From: Felis catus
Taxonomy: Eukaryota
Length of the DNA stretch: 64,000 bases
Direction of reading: 5' to 3'
Assembly (NCBI RefSeq): GCF_018350175.1
Contig: NC_058368.1
Location: 79,920,001 to 79,984,000, forward strand
Below are positions 49,923 through 64,000 of this stretch, one piece after another. Position numbers and translations under genes: made by a program. The number at the start of each line of letters is the position of its first letter. The stretch's first letter is position 1. The notes under the pieces were generated by a model that was given only the letters and a program-made list of their open reading frames with translations, did no database searches and was not told the DNA's origin.

Positions 49923-50519
49923 AGAAGATACTTTGCTCTGTTTTCACTATCGCCAACCACCTTGAGATTTGGAGAGATGGCTTCCATGTCGTCAGCAAAC
50001 CTGAGAAAGAGCGATCAGTGCACAAAACCTAAACAGCCTTAGAGAGTTTTCATGTTACCATAATGAGGATGTTATTCACCTGAACCTGGAAATGTATGTG
50101 GGTGTGTGACACAGCCCTGGAAGTGCGTGCATCCTGAACAAAATCGGGACACATAAAAGTCAGGAAGTGCCACAATCTAGGTCAGGCATTTGTGTGTGTG
50201 TGTGTGTGGTCTGTGTTAACAATAAAAATGAAAAATGCAAAAGAAATGCCCTGACAGTAATCATCATAGTTAATAACATGAAAGGCACGCAAGGTATCGG
50301 TCAGGTTTAACCTTGAGAAAAATTGCCAGTTGTCCGTTAAGAAAAAAATTTTTTCTGTTTTTTCTTTAAAAATGTAGTTAAATGCAACTACCTATCAAAA
50401 GTAGGTTTTACGGGTGTCCCTGCTCCCCAGCACCCAGCACAGACAGCACATAGTAGGTGTTCACTAAGTATTTTCAGGAGTGAATCAGGGAACACAAAGT
50501 ATTAAAGATTCCAAGGAAA

Positions 50520-50724
50520 GGGGCACCTGGGGGGGCTCAGTGGGATGAGTGTCCGACTCCTGGTTTCAGCTCAGGTCATGAACTCACGGCTTCACGGGTT
50601 CGAGCCCCGCATCGGTCTTCACGCTGCCGGTGCAGAGCCTGCTTGGGAATTCTCGCGCTCTGCCCCTCCCCCACTCATGCTGTCTCTGTCTTTCTTAAAA
50701 TAAATAAATAAACTTAAAAAAAAA
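50520..50724 (+). mobile_element. CAN-SINE
   Basis: Perfect 16-bp TSD aaagattccaaggaaa at 50504-50519 and 50725-50740. Confidence 0.93.
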
Positions 50725-52341
50725 AAAGATTCCAAGGAAATAATATAAACCTACCAAGAGGACACGGGGTTAGAAATCTGGTTTCCAAACTTGACAGAAA
50801 CACGAGGCATGGTTGCTCTGCTTTGGGGCACCTCCTACAGTGAGGGCACTGATAATGCTGCATATTGGGGAGAACCCCGGCCAAGGAGCCAGAGACTGTG
50901 TCTATAGCCCCAGCCCCCAAGACTCTCTGAGAATCAGGCCAGCCGGCCAGAAGATGGGACAACTGAGTCACGCTGGATCCTGGAAAGGATCACACCGTTG
51001 GGTATTCCCTGACTTCCCGCTGTATTCAACACTGGACCCATGATTCGTGGACCAACCTGGTCTGGCTGTTGTTTATTTAAATACACATATTTTGCACTTA
51101 CTATCAAGATTTCTCAGCCCATCCAGTCGACTGCATTTCCTATAAAAGCCACACAGTATTTTAAAAGAGAATGAAAAGGCAGTGTCGCCTTTTCCCCTTC
51201 CTAGTGGTCACGACCCATGAATTATCTCACTCTTATTTCTGAGGCTAAATTTGACAATGGGAAATAAAGATGTTTTGGGTATTGAAAAGATAAGGCAATT
51301 TGTTTTTCTTTTTTTTTTTTTTTTAAGAAATTCCTCACTTATGCATAAGGTTTTTTTTAATTTTTCCTCAATGAACACATCTGATATTCATTCTTTTCCA
51401 GCCCCGGACACTCTGTTTATTCTCCCGAGTCTGTACAGCCACCCCGTGCACCAGCCCCAGGGCCCTGCTCGCAAGTATCCGATAACACACACGTGTTCTG
51501 TTTCCTCATCCTCCGACAAAGCTGCCTGGCCGTGCTGCATTGCTAACAATGTTCTCCCCCAGCACGCGGCAATAATTTCAAGACGTCATTAATCATACTC
51601 AGAATCTAAAAGATAAGAGCAGTTCCAAAGTGGCTGAAACATGACAACTCCATTTTGCCCATATAATGCAATGCCATACTGGGAGGGCCTGAGGTTTCAC
51701 AGAACCCACAACTCGCTGACCCTCGTTAACTGGGAAAAAGGGGTCAGATCCATCTGAATTAGTAAATAACTGCATTGTAGCCTATTTTCAGTAAACACCA
51801 TTAATTCTTTTAAAACATAGACAGTCACTCAGGGAAAGAAATGAAGCAAGATACAGAAGGGTGTTTGGGGGGTCAAGATTTTGATCTGACAACTGAATAG
51901 CTACGAAAAGCGTACAAGTGCACCATCAGTACTAAAACCACGGTGCGGAATTAACGCAACAAGTAACTACGTCTTAAATACTTGAAAGCAGCCTCCCTGA
52001 AAAGGTAGGGTCCCTTCACCACAGGGTTGGTCGCAGAATTGGCAAACCTGTCTCCAGAAGATAACGTGGAGATTATTTTAACCCAATAGCCAAATTACAG
52101 CAAAATTGTAAGTTAGTAGAATCTTATTTAATGCCATTTTTACTCTATATATTTTGCAGAGGTTTCTAAGGTTGCATTTACAAGATAGTTTCTTGCTTTT
52201 TTATTCTAATTACTTAATGCCAATAGACTAAAATACTACGTCCTTTGGCTAGGAGACAGGATGCAGAAATCTGCCTAAATTGCATTACAGTTTGTAAACT
52301 GGAAAAATTAATGTTCTCATTTAAAAAAAAAAAAGATTACA

Positions 52342-52548
52342 GGCACGCCTAGGTGGCTCAGTTGGTTAAGTGTCCAACTCTTGATTTCGACTCAGGTCAT
52401 GACCTCACGGTTCGTGGATTCCAGCCCCGCATCGGGCTCTGTGCTGACAGTGTGGAGCCTGCTTGGGATTCTCTCTCTCCCTCTCTCTCTCTGCCCTTCC
52501 CCTGCTCCACTCTCTCTCTAAATAAATAAATAAACTTAAAAAAAAAAA
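52342..52548 (+). mobile_element. CAN-SINE
   Basis: Head, CT region and A tail; flanking agattacag duplication. Confidence 0.92.
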
Positions 52549-53506
52549 CAGATTACAGATTGTGGAGTTCAACGTGTGACATTTTACCTTGTATTCCATA
52601 ACTAAATTTTTAAAGAATCAGTTACAGGATGGATGGCCCCGAGTGTAGACGTGACAGAGAAAGGGAGAGAAGGAGGGAGAGGTGCAGGAAGAGGCATGCC
52701 AGGCCACACCTGCTGCCAGGGCCCCTCCGCTCCACACTCCGGGGGACGTACAGCCTCCCACACAATGACCGAGGCGACTTCTCCTTGACACGAGGACGCT
52801 GGTCAACCAACCACCTAAAGTGGCCTCCCCTTGTCCCTGCCCCAGATGTAAAATGGCTAATTTTGTAAGATTTCCGAGATCCCATGGGAATTTCTAACCA
52901 ATGGGAACCCACCAGGCATCTTCAAGAGAATAAAGAGGTTCCAAGCTCCATGCTTCTCTACAGGAAGAAAGAGCACCTTTTTTGTCAGAATCAGATGAAA
53001 AGCTATCATCTGACAGTTATTTGTGCGTGTGTAAACACCGAGGTTGATTGCTGTGGTGAAGAATTTCTGAAGAACAAATACAGCAGTGACAGGCACTGGC
53101 CCCGTTTCGGGGCTCGTGAGAAGTCTGTGGATGGCTGGGGCCATGGCCCACCCGCTTTCCTGGGCCCCTGGACTCGCTCTTTAAGGGCCGAGCCACCTGG
53201 GCTTCCTGGCACCCCCCTCCCCACCATTGACAGTCCTGAATCAGGGAACAGGCATTGTTCTTGATGGAGTGAAACAACCACAGCTGAATGTCTTAACTGC
53301 TGAGTAAGCGACAAAGGATTTGCTTCTGAAATGAGATTACCTACACTCCTTCCAGAACTCATACTCAATACGTGATGGAGCACAGGACACCCTCAGGAGA
53401 GGGGGCTGTGTCAGGGGCAAAACATTCAATGGGACAGAAAATGACATGTGTACATTCCTATCCGTCGTGGAGCGAAACAAATTCCTCTTTAAAAGAATAG
53501 AAGTTT

Positions 53507-54045
53507 ACGCTGATTCAGAAGGACACATGCACCCCAATGTTCACAGCAGTGCTAACAGCAGCCAAAGCATATGGAAGAAGCCCAAATGTTCATTAAGTGA
53601 CAAATGGATAAAGAAGATGTGGTGCATATGTACAATGGAGTATTACTCGGCAATCAAAAAGAAAATCTTGCCATTTGCAACAACGTGGATGGAACTAGAA
53701 TGTATTATGTTAAAAGAAATGTCAGTTAGAGAAAGACAAATATCATACGATCTAACTCATGTAGAATTTAAGAAAGAAAACAGATGAGCATAGGAGGAAG
53801 GAAGGGAAAATAAGGTACAAACAGACAGGGAGACTGTTTAAGAGACTCTTAAACACAGAGAACAAACTGAGGGTTGCTGGAGAGAGGTGGGGGGGGGATG
53901 GGCTGGATGGGCGACGGGCACTGAGGAGGGCACCTGTTGGCATGAGCCCTGGGTGTCATATGGAAGTGATGAATCACTGGGTTCTGCTCCTGAAGCCAAG
54001 ACTACGTGGTATGTTAACTAACTTGGATTTAAATAAATAAATAAA
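53507..54045 (+). mobile_element. 5'-truncated LINE-1 (carnivore L1) 3' end: ORF2 C-terminus remnant plus 3' UTR and A-rich tail
   Basis: Translation KPKCSLSDKWIKKMWCICTMEYYSAIKKKILPFATTWMELE matches the L1 ORF2 C-terminus; G-rich 3' UTR and (TAAA)n tail. Confidence 0.92.
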
Positions 54046-55099
54046 TGGAATTTTAAAGTACACACCCTGAGTAGGTCACTTTGCTCGAAGCATCATTTGG
54101 TGTGTAGGATGACCCTTAAGGTCACAGGAAGGCACCTGTTTCACTGTGTGTTCTACTGTGTGTCCCTCAGTGAGGCAGAGAACCCGGAGGGGACTATGTC
54201 CCCAGAGTCTGAACAGCCCCCTAGGAGGGGAATTTTAACGGTAAATTTTCTAAGACCCTTTGGGGCAAGAGTACAACTTCAAGGCAAGAGAGTGAGGTAT
54301 GAAAGGAGATTAATGGCTGTTGCCAGGAATGTTTTCACAATTATGATCTTCCTCACTCCTGGGGCTTGGTACCTACCCCAGAGCAAGAGGGGACGCGTGA
54401 CCCACTGTTGCCAGGCAGGGACAACCACCACCGCAGGTCTTCTAGAAAGTCGCACGCGACTGAAGCACCAGCCCCTGGCCCCAAGTTAGATCTCAGAAAT
54501 ACAGAGAACCGAACAGATTAGCAAGTGGAGAAAGGAAAGGCAGTGAGGAAGCCAAGAAGGCCTTCAGAGCCACGGGAACTCTCACGCGGGCACCTCGAGC
54601 TCTTTCAAAGCGGAACAGCGGGAGAAGAACCCGGAGGCAAACGGGGCTCAAGAAACTCACATTTTCACACCAGCAGGCTCGAAACACCCAGGCTGAAGGC
54701 TACACCAGATACAGCCGCCGAGCCACCATCCCCCTCCTCCGCAGACCCCCAAGCAAGCATTCGGCACGGCGGAGACATCAGCCGGTAAAGAGACAAGCCG
54801 CTGGGGGCCTGACCTTCCTTCGCTCGGACTGACCGGGCGTCCTGACGTTCGCCACACGCCAGAGCCCCTGCTGCTCACACGGCAGCTCACTGCAGCAAGG
54901 TCGGCAAGGGTGCAGCACCGAGGGGCCTTCGGCATTTTGGGGGGTGGCCTGCCCACGTTTTGACCCAGATGTCCTTTCATGCCCAGGGGCCGGTGCTTCC
55001 TTTTGGAGATTTCGCCTTGGAAACAGAATGACCGTCTGGTTGAGAAATGTGCACCCAATCACAAGACCACAGGGCGCACACAGCTGGCAGATCTCCTCC

Positions 55100-55445
55100 T
55101 CATGTGCACACATGCGTATATATGTGTGTGTGCACGTGTCAGTGTGCATGTGCATGTATGCACACGTGTGCACGTGTGTGTGCATGTGTCCGCGCATGTA
55201 TGCACTGTGTGCACACGTGTCTGAGTGCATATGTGCACATATGTGCACACGTGTGTGTCCCGCTGTGTACGTGTGTGCGTGTGTGCACGTGCGTGTCTAT
55301 GAGTTCGTGCATGCATGTATCTGCACACATGTGTGTATGTGTGTGCGTGCGAGTGCATGTGTGCACCGTGCTGTGTGTGCATGTGTGCCTACGTGTGTAC
55401 CGTGCTCTGTGTGTGCATGTGCACATGTGGCTCACACGCACATGA
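55100..55445 (+). repeat. ~345-bp degenerate (TG/TGCA) array, intron 2
   Basis: tgtgcacgtgtgcatg-type units. Confidence 0.93.
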
Positions 55446-58400
55446 ACACAGACAGGAGGTGAGCAGGAGGCAGGCCCCAGGAATGTGTGCCATGGGGCTG
55501 GGGAAGGTGAACGAGGTGTTCCTGGGCAGTGAGCAGACAGGAAGAGCAGGAAGCAATGGGAAAGGACTAGAAACCTGTGGCGGGAAGGAGGGGGAGAACC
55601 AAATTTCTAGAAAGAAACACAAAAGAGGCACCTCGTGCCCACACAGCGAGTTGTGAAAGCACAGCCCCCCCACACACAGTGTCATGTGCTCAGAGCCCCC
55701 AGAGGGAGCCCCACGCCCTGCGAGGCCTCAGCTCCTGTCCTTGCGGCCCCAGACCCACAGGGGCCCAAGGGGCAGAGTTCCTGGGCACAGGTCAGCCATC
55801 TAATGTCCACTGCTCTGCTTCATGACTGCAAATCATACTTCAGAATACTATTCTTAGCTTTTACTGGAAGCTTTTCCCGCAGCCAGAGAGCACTTCTGCC
55901 CTGGCAGGCAAGACATTCAACAAGCTGCCAGGTCACCGTCTCTGGTAAAGAACCGCGCGCCCCACATCCAGAGGGGACACAGAGCCCCGGAAGGCAGGAC
56001 GCCCCCAGGGGCCCTCCTGACACTGCGGGGTCGTGGCCTCCCTGCTGGGCTCCCAGGGCACAGCCTGTGTGGTCTCGAATCCGCCAAGGAGGTGCCGTTC
56101 TCCACCCGGCGCCTCTGTTCTGGGCCTGAGCCACCAAACGCTGGCAGCACACCGGCCAGGGCCGGAGGGTTCCTCAGCGATGCTTACAGCACGCCCTGGA
56201 CCAGTAGAAAAAGCGCTGTGTCCCAGTGCACAGGACAGCGTGGCCTCCCGGGCCTCCCAGGCCTCCCGGGTTGCGAAGCAGACAGTGTGGGAACGAGCTT
56301 CGTCTGGGTTCCTTCCACCCTCGTCCCTGAAACACAGACCAGACCCGAGGCGGGAGGCCCAGCCTAAGAAAACAATAACTCCCAAGGGCTCACGGAAGGA
56401 CACACATTCTGCCTCTGGCCAAACCACTTTCATGAAACTGTGTCCCTTAAAGATTTGGGGTCTCATAGGTGGAAAGGAGAAGATGAGAGGGGGATATGGG
56501 GGGTTCAGTAGCCCGCGGCAGTCTCCCAAAGTGTCCAATTTTCCACCCCGAATCTGAGCAGATGTGAAACACTGGGGGTCTAAGCCTTGTGCCCCGAGAG
56601 TGCTGCCTGAATTTGAGGTGCCTGCTGGTGAAAAGCTGGGTTTGCTTTTCCCTGACCCGAGACCCCAGCTCATCTCTGGTCCCCGGGGGGCTCAGTCTCA
56701 CAACCCCGTCTCCCCCAGAGCTGGTAACAGAGTGTTCAGTCCAGGGTTTATTGGTGCTGTTGCTTGTTTAACACTTCCCTCTGCCGTGAGCCCGTGTCAT
56801 GCCTGTCCTGCTAACCACCGCCTCCGGCCATCGGCACACTGCCAAGTGGAACAGAAGCCCCCAGAACGAAAGGCGGATGGGGTGGGGTGGTGGACATTGT
56901 TTTCTGGCTCCAACTGCTCACTGGATCTACTTATGGGTAGACTTAATTCCTTACTTCCTTAACCAATCTTCCAGGGAAAGCCATTTCCAAATCACACACA
57001 GCCATTCCCTAAAGGTCTCAGAATTCACATCAACTTACAGCACAGATTTCTTGCCTAGAATCAGTGAACTCACACATGGCCCTCATGTGCTATGATGGGA
57101 CATCCGTAAAATATGTCCGGATAAAACCTCACGATCACATGGGATGCGTGTAAGAGATTCGTATCTGTCTTTATTACCAGGAGCACCTTACGTCCCTTTG
57201 GAGGCTGGTCTGTAAGCACAGGGTCCGCACAGCCTCGTGCTAATGAAGGAGAACCCCCACCGAAGGGCTTTAACTGGGAATGAGTTCATGGTGGCCTTGT
57301 AGCAATCAGCCAAGACTCATTCATTGTTAGCTCCCCGGATTCCCCTGTGAAGAAATGGAGAGTCAATGAAATTTCGGGCCAGATAAGCATCGTGCATTTG
57401 CAAAACCATGTGGTTAACCAGCGGAGGCAGCTAAGCCACCGGGGAGACGTGTTCGAGCCGTACCTTTAACGTTTCTAATGGGTTTGCCAGAGGGAAAGAA
57501 GACACGGGGGCACCACTTCCCGGGGCCATCTGCTTTGCTCGTTACCGCTGACTAATTCTTCCTTTGTTTAATTGCACATTGTGCTGAACCACTTCACAAG
57601 GACGAGGGTTCTGCTAAGATCATTTTTGCGGGTGCCGTGTCCACGCCCACACTCCATAAGCACTTTGCATCATTACGTGCCATCTAGAGACATATTCCCA
57701 GTGCTCGTGCGTTCCATGTTCAGCGAAAGAAGTCCAAATGCCCCGTTCGCATTTATCAGGGCCTGTTTTAAGTTGCCTTTGATCTTGAATTAAAACACAC
57801 AGTCTCATTTGGCTCCTTCAAATAGAAAGCTATGGTTCCTGACAACCAATGTTTCCTCAGGATCTATTTACAAAAAAAAAAAAAAACAAAACAATTTTTC
57901 CCCATCAGTCATCAAGATGAGGGCTATCAGGGCCCAGCATCATGACGACAGCGTCCACTCGCTCACATGAGGTGTTCTAGGCCTTAAAAGTCACAGGACA
58001 CAATATTGCATTCAAGACATTGAATTCCTACTCCTCCTTCTAAACATGGAAACAAGATCAAATCACTATTTTTAAAGCTGTGCTCGATGAGGTGTGTTCC
58101 AAATAGAGGTGCAAATAGAAAAACAATGTAGGCTTAGGGTTTTTTTGATGATTGTCATCTATCACGAGTTTCACAAGCCCCAGAAGCACATGACAAAGGG
58201 CAGACTTTATGCAGCGGAGAGAAACAGGCAGAGGGGTGCAAGGTGGGAGCGCATAGCCTGCGTCCCTCCTGCACTAGGGGAGGCCAGTGGGTACTGAAAT
58301 GGTGAAACATCCATGAGACGTCCATGGTGGGGCTTGTGTGCAGAATAAGATAAATCCACTTAACGTGGATCTGTTTTCAGTGACTCCCCTCTGGAATACT

Positions 58401-61400
58401 GGTAGTATCTTTACCCTGGGATTCAAACACAGTTTTTAAAGCTCTTTGTTTTCAAAGCACTATAAAAAAGACAAAAGTAGGTGAATGTGGGAACCCATGT
58501 TGATTCTCACGAGGACTCTGCCAGATGAGTCATGTGTAATATGTGGAAATAGGAACCATCTGGAAAAAATCTTGGCATTACAGGATACCACAGAAAACAT
58601 GGAAAAGGAAAAGAGGGTGTATTAGCCCACATGATCCGCTAACCGGAAGAGAAGGAACATGCCATGGGACCCTGCGGCGAATACCGATGGCTCCCAAAGT
58701 GATTAAAGTAGACGCTTGGGGCATTCGATCCCTCATGTGGCAAAAATAAAGGACATTTCTCAGAAGTTCCCCTTTTACAATATCTAGAACAGGGACAGCT
58801 GGCTGGGGGCAGGGATGAGCCTGGACAACGCCTGTAATTACATGCACATCAGGAAGAGCAGTTCACAAAACCCTGTAGCGGTATCTGGGCTGCGTAAAGG
58901 GAGAATTGTTTCCCCTTACGTTTTAAGGGATAAGGATTCTGGAAACGGGTGATGAAATCAGGACACTGACTAGAAACTGGATGTATTTCCAGACAGACCT
59001 CCCAAGTGAGCCCATCTCATTTTTCCTCTACCAAAAGCATCCAAAAGCTACAAACATGCCTCCTAACAATGGTTCTGCGCTGAAAACATCCTAACGTCTC
59101 TTTAACTGAGGCTCTGGAGAGCTTCTGGTCAGTGTCTTTGGCCTTGCAGACTCCACCCGGGAAGAGGGGTCTCCACATCTCTCTGTATGTCCAGGAACCC
59201 TCCCGTAGCTGGCCCCCCCCAGCAAAGCCTGTCCTCGTACTCATGCAACCTTCAAACTCAGCTACTGCTAAGCAGACACGTGCGCATATGTGACATGTTC
59301 AATTTCCTGAGTGCTTTTGGGCACAATGCCTTCCATGTGCCCCTGTGGCAGCCCTGGGAAGCCACAAGTCAAAGGCCACCTTCCTCTTCCTGAGGGTAAC
59401 CTGGTCTAAGTAACTGCGTGAGATACACTCAGCTCATGGTAGATGGTGGAGGTCACACCAGAAGGAAGGCTTTGATTCAACAAAACATTCTTCCCTACAG
59501 GCTGCCTCCCATCCGAGAGATAAAAGGGTCTATGACTGAGCACATCCGGGGAACGGTACGTCATATGCCTCCCATTGAATGCTCACAAACTTATTAAAGA
59601 TCCTAAGTCATTAAAGCTGATGCTCTGGTCCGGAAACAACAAACAAGCATTTAGCCATAACTCAGTGTTCCCCACACTCATTTGTCCTTGGAACATTTTC
59701 CCTGTTCCATCCCAAAGGAAACATCTATTAACATCTCAAGATGCTCTGAGACCCATGTTTTGGGAAGGGCCAAACTACACATTGCCTTTTAGAAATGCTC
59801 AAAACACTGATAAAAATAAAGATATCCAATCAGTCTCAGTAATACTGGAAGTAATTTCAAATACGCTAACCACAATTTTGTTAAATAAACCTCCTAGTAT
59901 TTTGTAGTAAGTAGCACTCCCTTCTGCATTTTGACTTTATAGATTAGATTTCAAATCTTATGAGTAGAAAAATGTATTTTTTTCAATATACTGGATTTTA
60001 AAATTCTCCCTGATCCAAATGCAATGCAATGTCTCTCACAGAGTAAGTGCTTTGTAAATAAATTGTCGTTATTATCAGTAATTCATTACTAGTAGTCCAA
60101 ATCAGTTCATTTATCTAGTTTCAAAGATTTATATAAAAATATTTACTTTCATTTACTTGAGGAAAACATTAACTAGGGATAAATATGACACCGTTAATAT
60201 TTAGAATGATGGTTAATATAATTTAATTTATGAGAAAGGGATTTTCAATACCCTGACAAAAGAATAATAGAAAGATAACATATAATATATCTATTATTTT
60301 ATGCTAAGAGTGAAAAGAGGGCAACTGGTCATAATATAAAGTACAACATACAAAACACCCTATTATTTTTTATTTCGTAATGAAATCATGGCTAAAAATA
60401 TGTCTATCATTAGCCATGAATAAATTAAAAGACCAATGAAAGAAATATATAAATAAATTAAATTTGTTGAATTCCCAAAAAATACTAACACAATGTAGTC
60501 CCTGTCTCAAAAAAGAATTTCACTTAATACGGAAACACTAGTAAACGCGTGCCCCACGGTGGTGGTCGTGAGAAAGTGAGACCCTTCGTCGTAAAGGTGA
60601 CTGAGGTCCTGAGGCATTTCTGAGGGCTGTCAGGGGCACAGGCCGGTGTCTCCAGTCCCCAGCAAGCAAGGCCTCTGCCAACAGGAGCCGACGGGAAAAA
60701 CCAATGTGAAAGGGCACGCAGAATCAGGAAGGCGGGAAAGTGTTGCCTGTTCTCTTGTAGTCAGACATGATTACAATCAGCGCGTTCTTTACACTTTTTC
60801 CTTATGTACCGTGTGCCCTTGAGAGAAGGACCCTGAAAATGCTTGTTTTGCTCTCTCGCAAGGTGCCTGGCAAAGTAACGGCTGAGAAGTGCGTGCTGAT
60901 TGATTGACTGCCACAACTCTGAGCAGCCCGTGGAAAGCAGAGACAAGATGGCTTTTCCCAGATGTCAACGAGGCCATGAATAAGCTGATGACCCTAGTCT
61001 CTGACTACATCCAGAATGTGTAAGAAATGTGGCCATATTTACCTCCTGGGAAATCAAGGAGGCGTGCCCAATACATAACAAAATCACTCCCTTTGGACCA
61101 GGGTGACAGATTTCCTACAGGACAGAGAATGCACCAGGACTTCCTGGAGGAAGGGGTCCCAAGGCTGGCCAGAGAAACCTCCCTTCCATACGCCCTCCCC
61201 TCAAGGCTTTATTCTGAATGTCGTATGAAATGAACATCCTCCGGATGGGAGCGAATGCTGGTTATTTGGGCTGGACTTCCCCTAACCTTCCTCAGGTGGG
61301 GAGCGGGACTCGGGATGTGGCCACACGACCTCTGACCTGCTTTGTGTCACAGACAAGGTGGCTCCCTGTGCTTATTTGTTTAACCCAGTGGATGCTCATC

Positions 61401-61727
61401 TGGAACTGGAACTGGGAGGTCTGCCCGTGGCCCCAAAGGAATACGTCCATTTCTCTGTGGTTCTCCAGCAATCTGTTCCATCACCACTGCCCAGAGAAAG
61501 GCTTTGGAAGGTCCGCTTTCCTAGGCAGGTGGCCAGCAGAGCAGCACACCCCACGTGGACTGAGTTTTAAAGCAACGGGAGCTTGCTCAAGACTTCAATA
61601 TTCTGAACCCCGAATTCCTCTCCTTGGGATCCCCCAGATCAAGATCCTCTTATCTTGAACAATGGAAACTGAGAAGTGCTCTGACCAGTGCCTTGCCTTA
61701 TATTCCCTAAAAGAGATGGGGCCAGTT

Positions 61728-61969
61728 CAGTGGCTCTCAATCCAGAGCGATTCTACTTCCCCTCCACCCACCCCCCCCCCACCCCCTGTGGAAACATCTA
61801 TCTGGCCAAACCTGGAGACCTTCCGGTTGCCACAAATGGGGGAGAAGGTGCTGGTGGCATCTGGTGGGCAGAGGCCAAGGATGTTGCTAAATATCTGCAT
61901 GCAAAGGAACCCCCCACAACAAAAACTAGCCCACCCAAGATGTGAATAGTGCCAAAGTGAGAAACCCTG
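61728..61969 (+). mobile_element. MER20 hAT-Charlie DNA transposon relic
   Basis: cagtggNtctcaa start, ggcatctggtgggcagaggccaaggatgttgctaaa core and tgagaaaccctg end. Confidence 0.82.
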
Positions 61970-64000
61970 GATTCGCTGGTTTCTTCAACTATAAAACAAA
62001 TATAAGAAGAAGAAGCATTAAAAAATTCAGCACTGCGCCTGACCCAACATAGACGTTCAATACACATCAACCCTTTTTCTTGCTCTGACATTCCAAAGCC
62101 AGGATTTTCCTCTTCTGCCGAGATCGGCTGTGAATGGGCAGACACTACAATTTAATGTCAAGATGTAGACAGACAGGTTTATATGGCGGCCCGATGTGGG
62201 ATATTTATTGACTGTGTGACACACATATGGGAACTTAATGGCTGGCGAAGCCCCAAACCATCCGCCGTAATAAAAGAAAAGAGTGTCCCGCAAGAAGAGT
62301 GACGCGAACTTCCTCCCAGATTTCCAGGGCCCAACACAGAACGCCTTCCAGACTGGCCAGACTCCTCCACCCTTCCAAATCAGATAAGGCACCCGTTTCA
62401 GCCCAACAGAAATTCCATTTTCAAAGTTCTCTGCTTTGCGGGTGATCTGGGGCTGTCCTCGCTGATGATGCATCACACTGTGCAGGACCCGCGTGCGGAG
62501 CGGGGCTCTGACTCACAGTCTACCCAGCGACCACAGGACACGGGGCTTCTTTCCCACGCTGCTGGCAAGCAGCGAGGCATCAGCAGGGTAGAGTACACGG
62601 AGGAGACACCCACACAGTTCTTGTTAGGGGACAGAAATGCCACAATTCTGTTTCATGAAGACCCTGCTTCAGACCGTGGTGGGGAAAGCCCCTTGCCAGA
62701 GTCACCCGATTAGGAACCATCAGGCCTTTTCAACAATACGCTTATCAACTGGCCACAAGAGGCATTTTCTCAGATGAGTGTGGGTAAGCTCTGTGTGTGT
62801 CCTTATGCCTGTGAGTGACCCTGCTCCCTAGGCAAGCATGTCAGGTCCACGAGTGGACACAGAATATGTCTGCACCGCACTTCACCGGGAAGCGGTCCCT
62901 TTTTTCGCAGCCCCGGGCCACCTCTGGGCCGCGGGGCCGCTCCTTTCTGAGAACCGGGGCACCTGTTTTCTCTGCGCCCCCTGCGATTCGGCTGCTTGCT
63001 CCCCACTCGGCTATCCGCCTCGTCTGCACACCTCTCACCCCTGGTTTGGTGGGGAGCTCCCTGTCTTGAACGCTGCGGGGTCGTGGAAGAGAATGCGTGT
63101 TTCACATCAACAGGGGCTCCCGGGGCCAAAACATCTGAAAGACTTCTTCTGTAAGCTCTGTGTTGGCAAAACACAAACGGCCAGTTCCCAAGCAGACGGC
63201 AGTAACTCTTCGGAATGTGCTGCCTTTCCTAATATCTCACGGAGTTGCGAAAAGCAGGTTCTCAAGCAAAAGAAGAGCTCAACTTTTGTCTGTTTCTGAG
63301 TAAGCAAGCATTCAAAACGCTAATCAGGTTAAGCAGCCACCGTTCCCACAGGGCGGAGGCCTCCGGAGGAACACCAAGCCACCGGCACAAACCCGAAGTA
63401 ATTACCTAAGAGAAAGCACCTGAAGGTACGCGTGCCAGCCAGGGGAGTGGGGAGACAAACATCTCCGAGGGCCCCTGACGTCCTGCGAAAGCCTCGTGAA
63501 CGCAGAGCAAGACGCCCAGGGTTAGCCTGATGACTGAGATTAGAACATGCCCAAAGACCCCCTACACTGACACTCACTTATGGCAACTGGAGAACAGAAG
63601 ACATTCTGCCCAGGAATGACATCTCCCTCGAACACGGGACTTAGCCAGAAAAGGTTTGGCAACTGAGACGGGAGACATTCCAGGGTCCGCCGGTGGATTC
63701 TAAGTAGTCAGCATGTGAAAGTTTTCCTCGAGGAGACGTGGAAAAGACATGTGTCAGAAACAACGATTTCCACATTTCCAAGGCGGCTGACACTCTGTCC
63801 CACTTAGGTAACTTTAACTGTCTCAGAGTTATGTGGCTCCTACTATCCTATTTTTAAAAAACAGGTCAAAATTCATCTGACTTGCAGGCATTTGAGAATA
63901 GCAAAATAACTCAGAGGAGAAGCCAAGCCATCCGGCAGGAGCTCCAAAGCAGGCCGGTGATCCGAACTGCTAGATCTAGGGGCTGTGATTCGACACCCTC

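Noticed and set aside
53446..53787. 113-aa ORF as a functional gene
   Set aside because: Frameshifted remnant of the L1 ORF2 C-terminus.
56233..56275. GQRGLPGLPGLPG on the + strand in intron 2, resembling a stray collagen (COL4A2-like) exon
   Set aside because: It is a 9-bp ggcctccc[a/g] triple repeat with no convincing flanking splice sites and no neighbouring exons.
59870..60530. AT-rich segment as a matrix-attachment region or old repeat
   Set aside because: Composition only; no recognisable motif, termini or periodicity to support a call.
40692..64000. COL4A1 exon 2 ([20 protein letters not shown]-like) or a nested gene/ncRNA in intron 2
   Set aside because: No matching codons found and no ORF with protein-like character besides the L1 remnant. 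A small RNA or lncRNA cannot be excluded from sequence alone.

Overview
Mammalian (felid/carnivore) genomic DNA, judged from 16 tRNA-derived CAN-SINEs with (CT)n/A-rich tails. The whole window lies inside the collagen type IV alpha-1 gene (COL4A1) on the minus strand. I delimited 35 consecutive coding exons by hand (85-40691), all with GT-AG boundaries. Together they give 3054 nt (1018 codons) of uninterrupted Gly-X-Y collagen, from the 7S domain to the distal triple helix. Their sizes match human exons 3-37 as I recall them, so the numbering is by analogy. Positions 40692-64000 are part of the long intron 2; exon 2 was not found in the window. Introns hold SINEs, an L1 3' fragment, an MLT2-type LTR, MER20/MER44-type DNA transposon relics, a 33-bp minisatellite and long low-complexity tracts. 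I found no second gene and no clearly new biological system. The best leads are: (1) a Gly->Glu change in the helix two triplets before the GFPGER integrin site; (2) a minisatellite made of repeated splice-acceptor-like units next to exon 27, one of them in frame; (3) inverted SINEs bracketing the phase-0 exon block 3-7, which could give a stop-free circRNA; (4) a nested SINE insertion 6 nt from the exon 16 donor.
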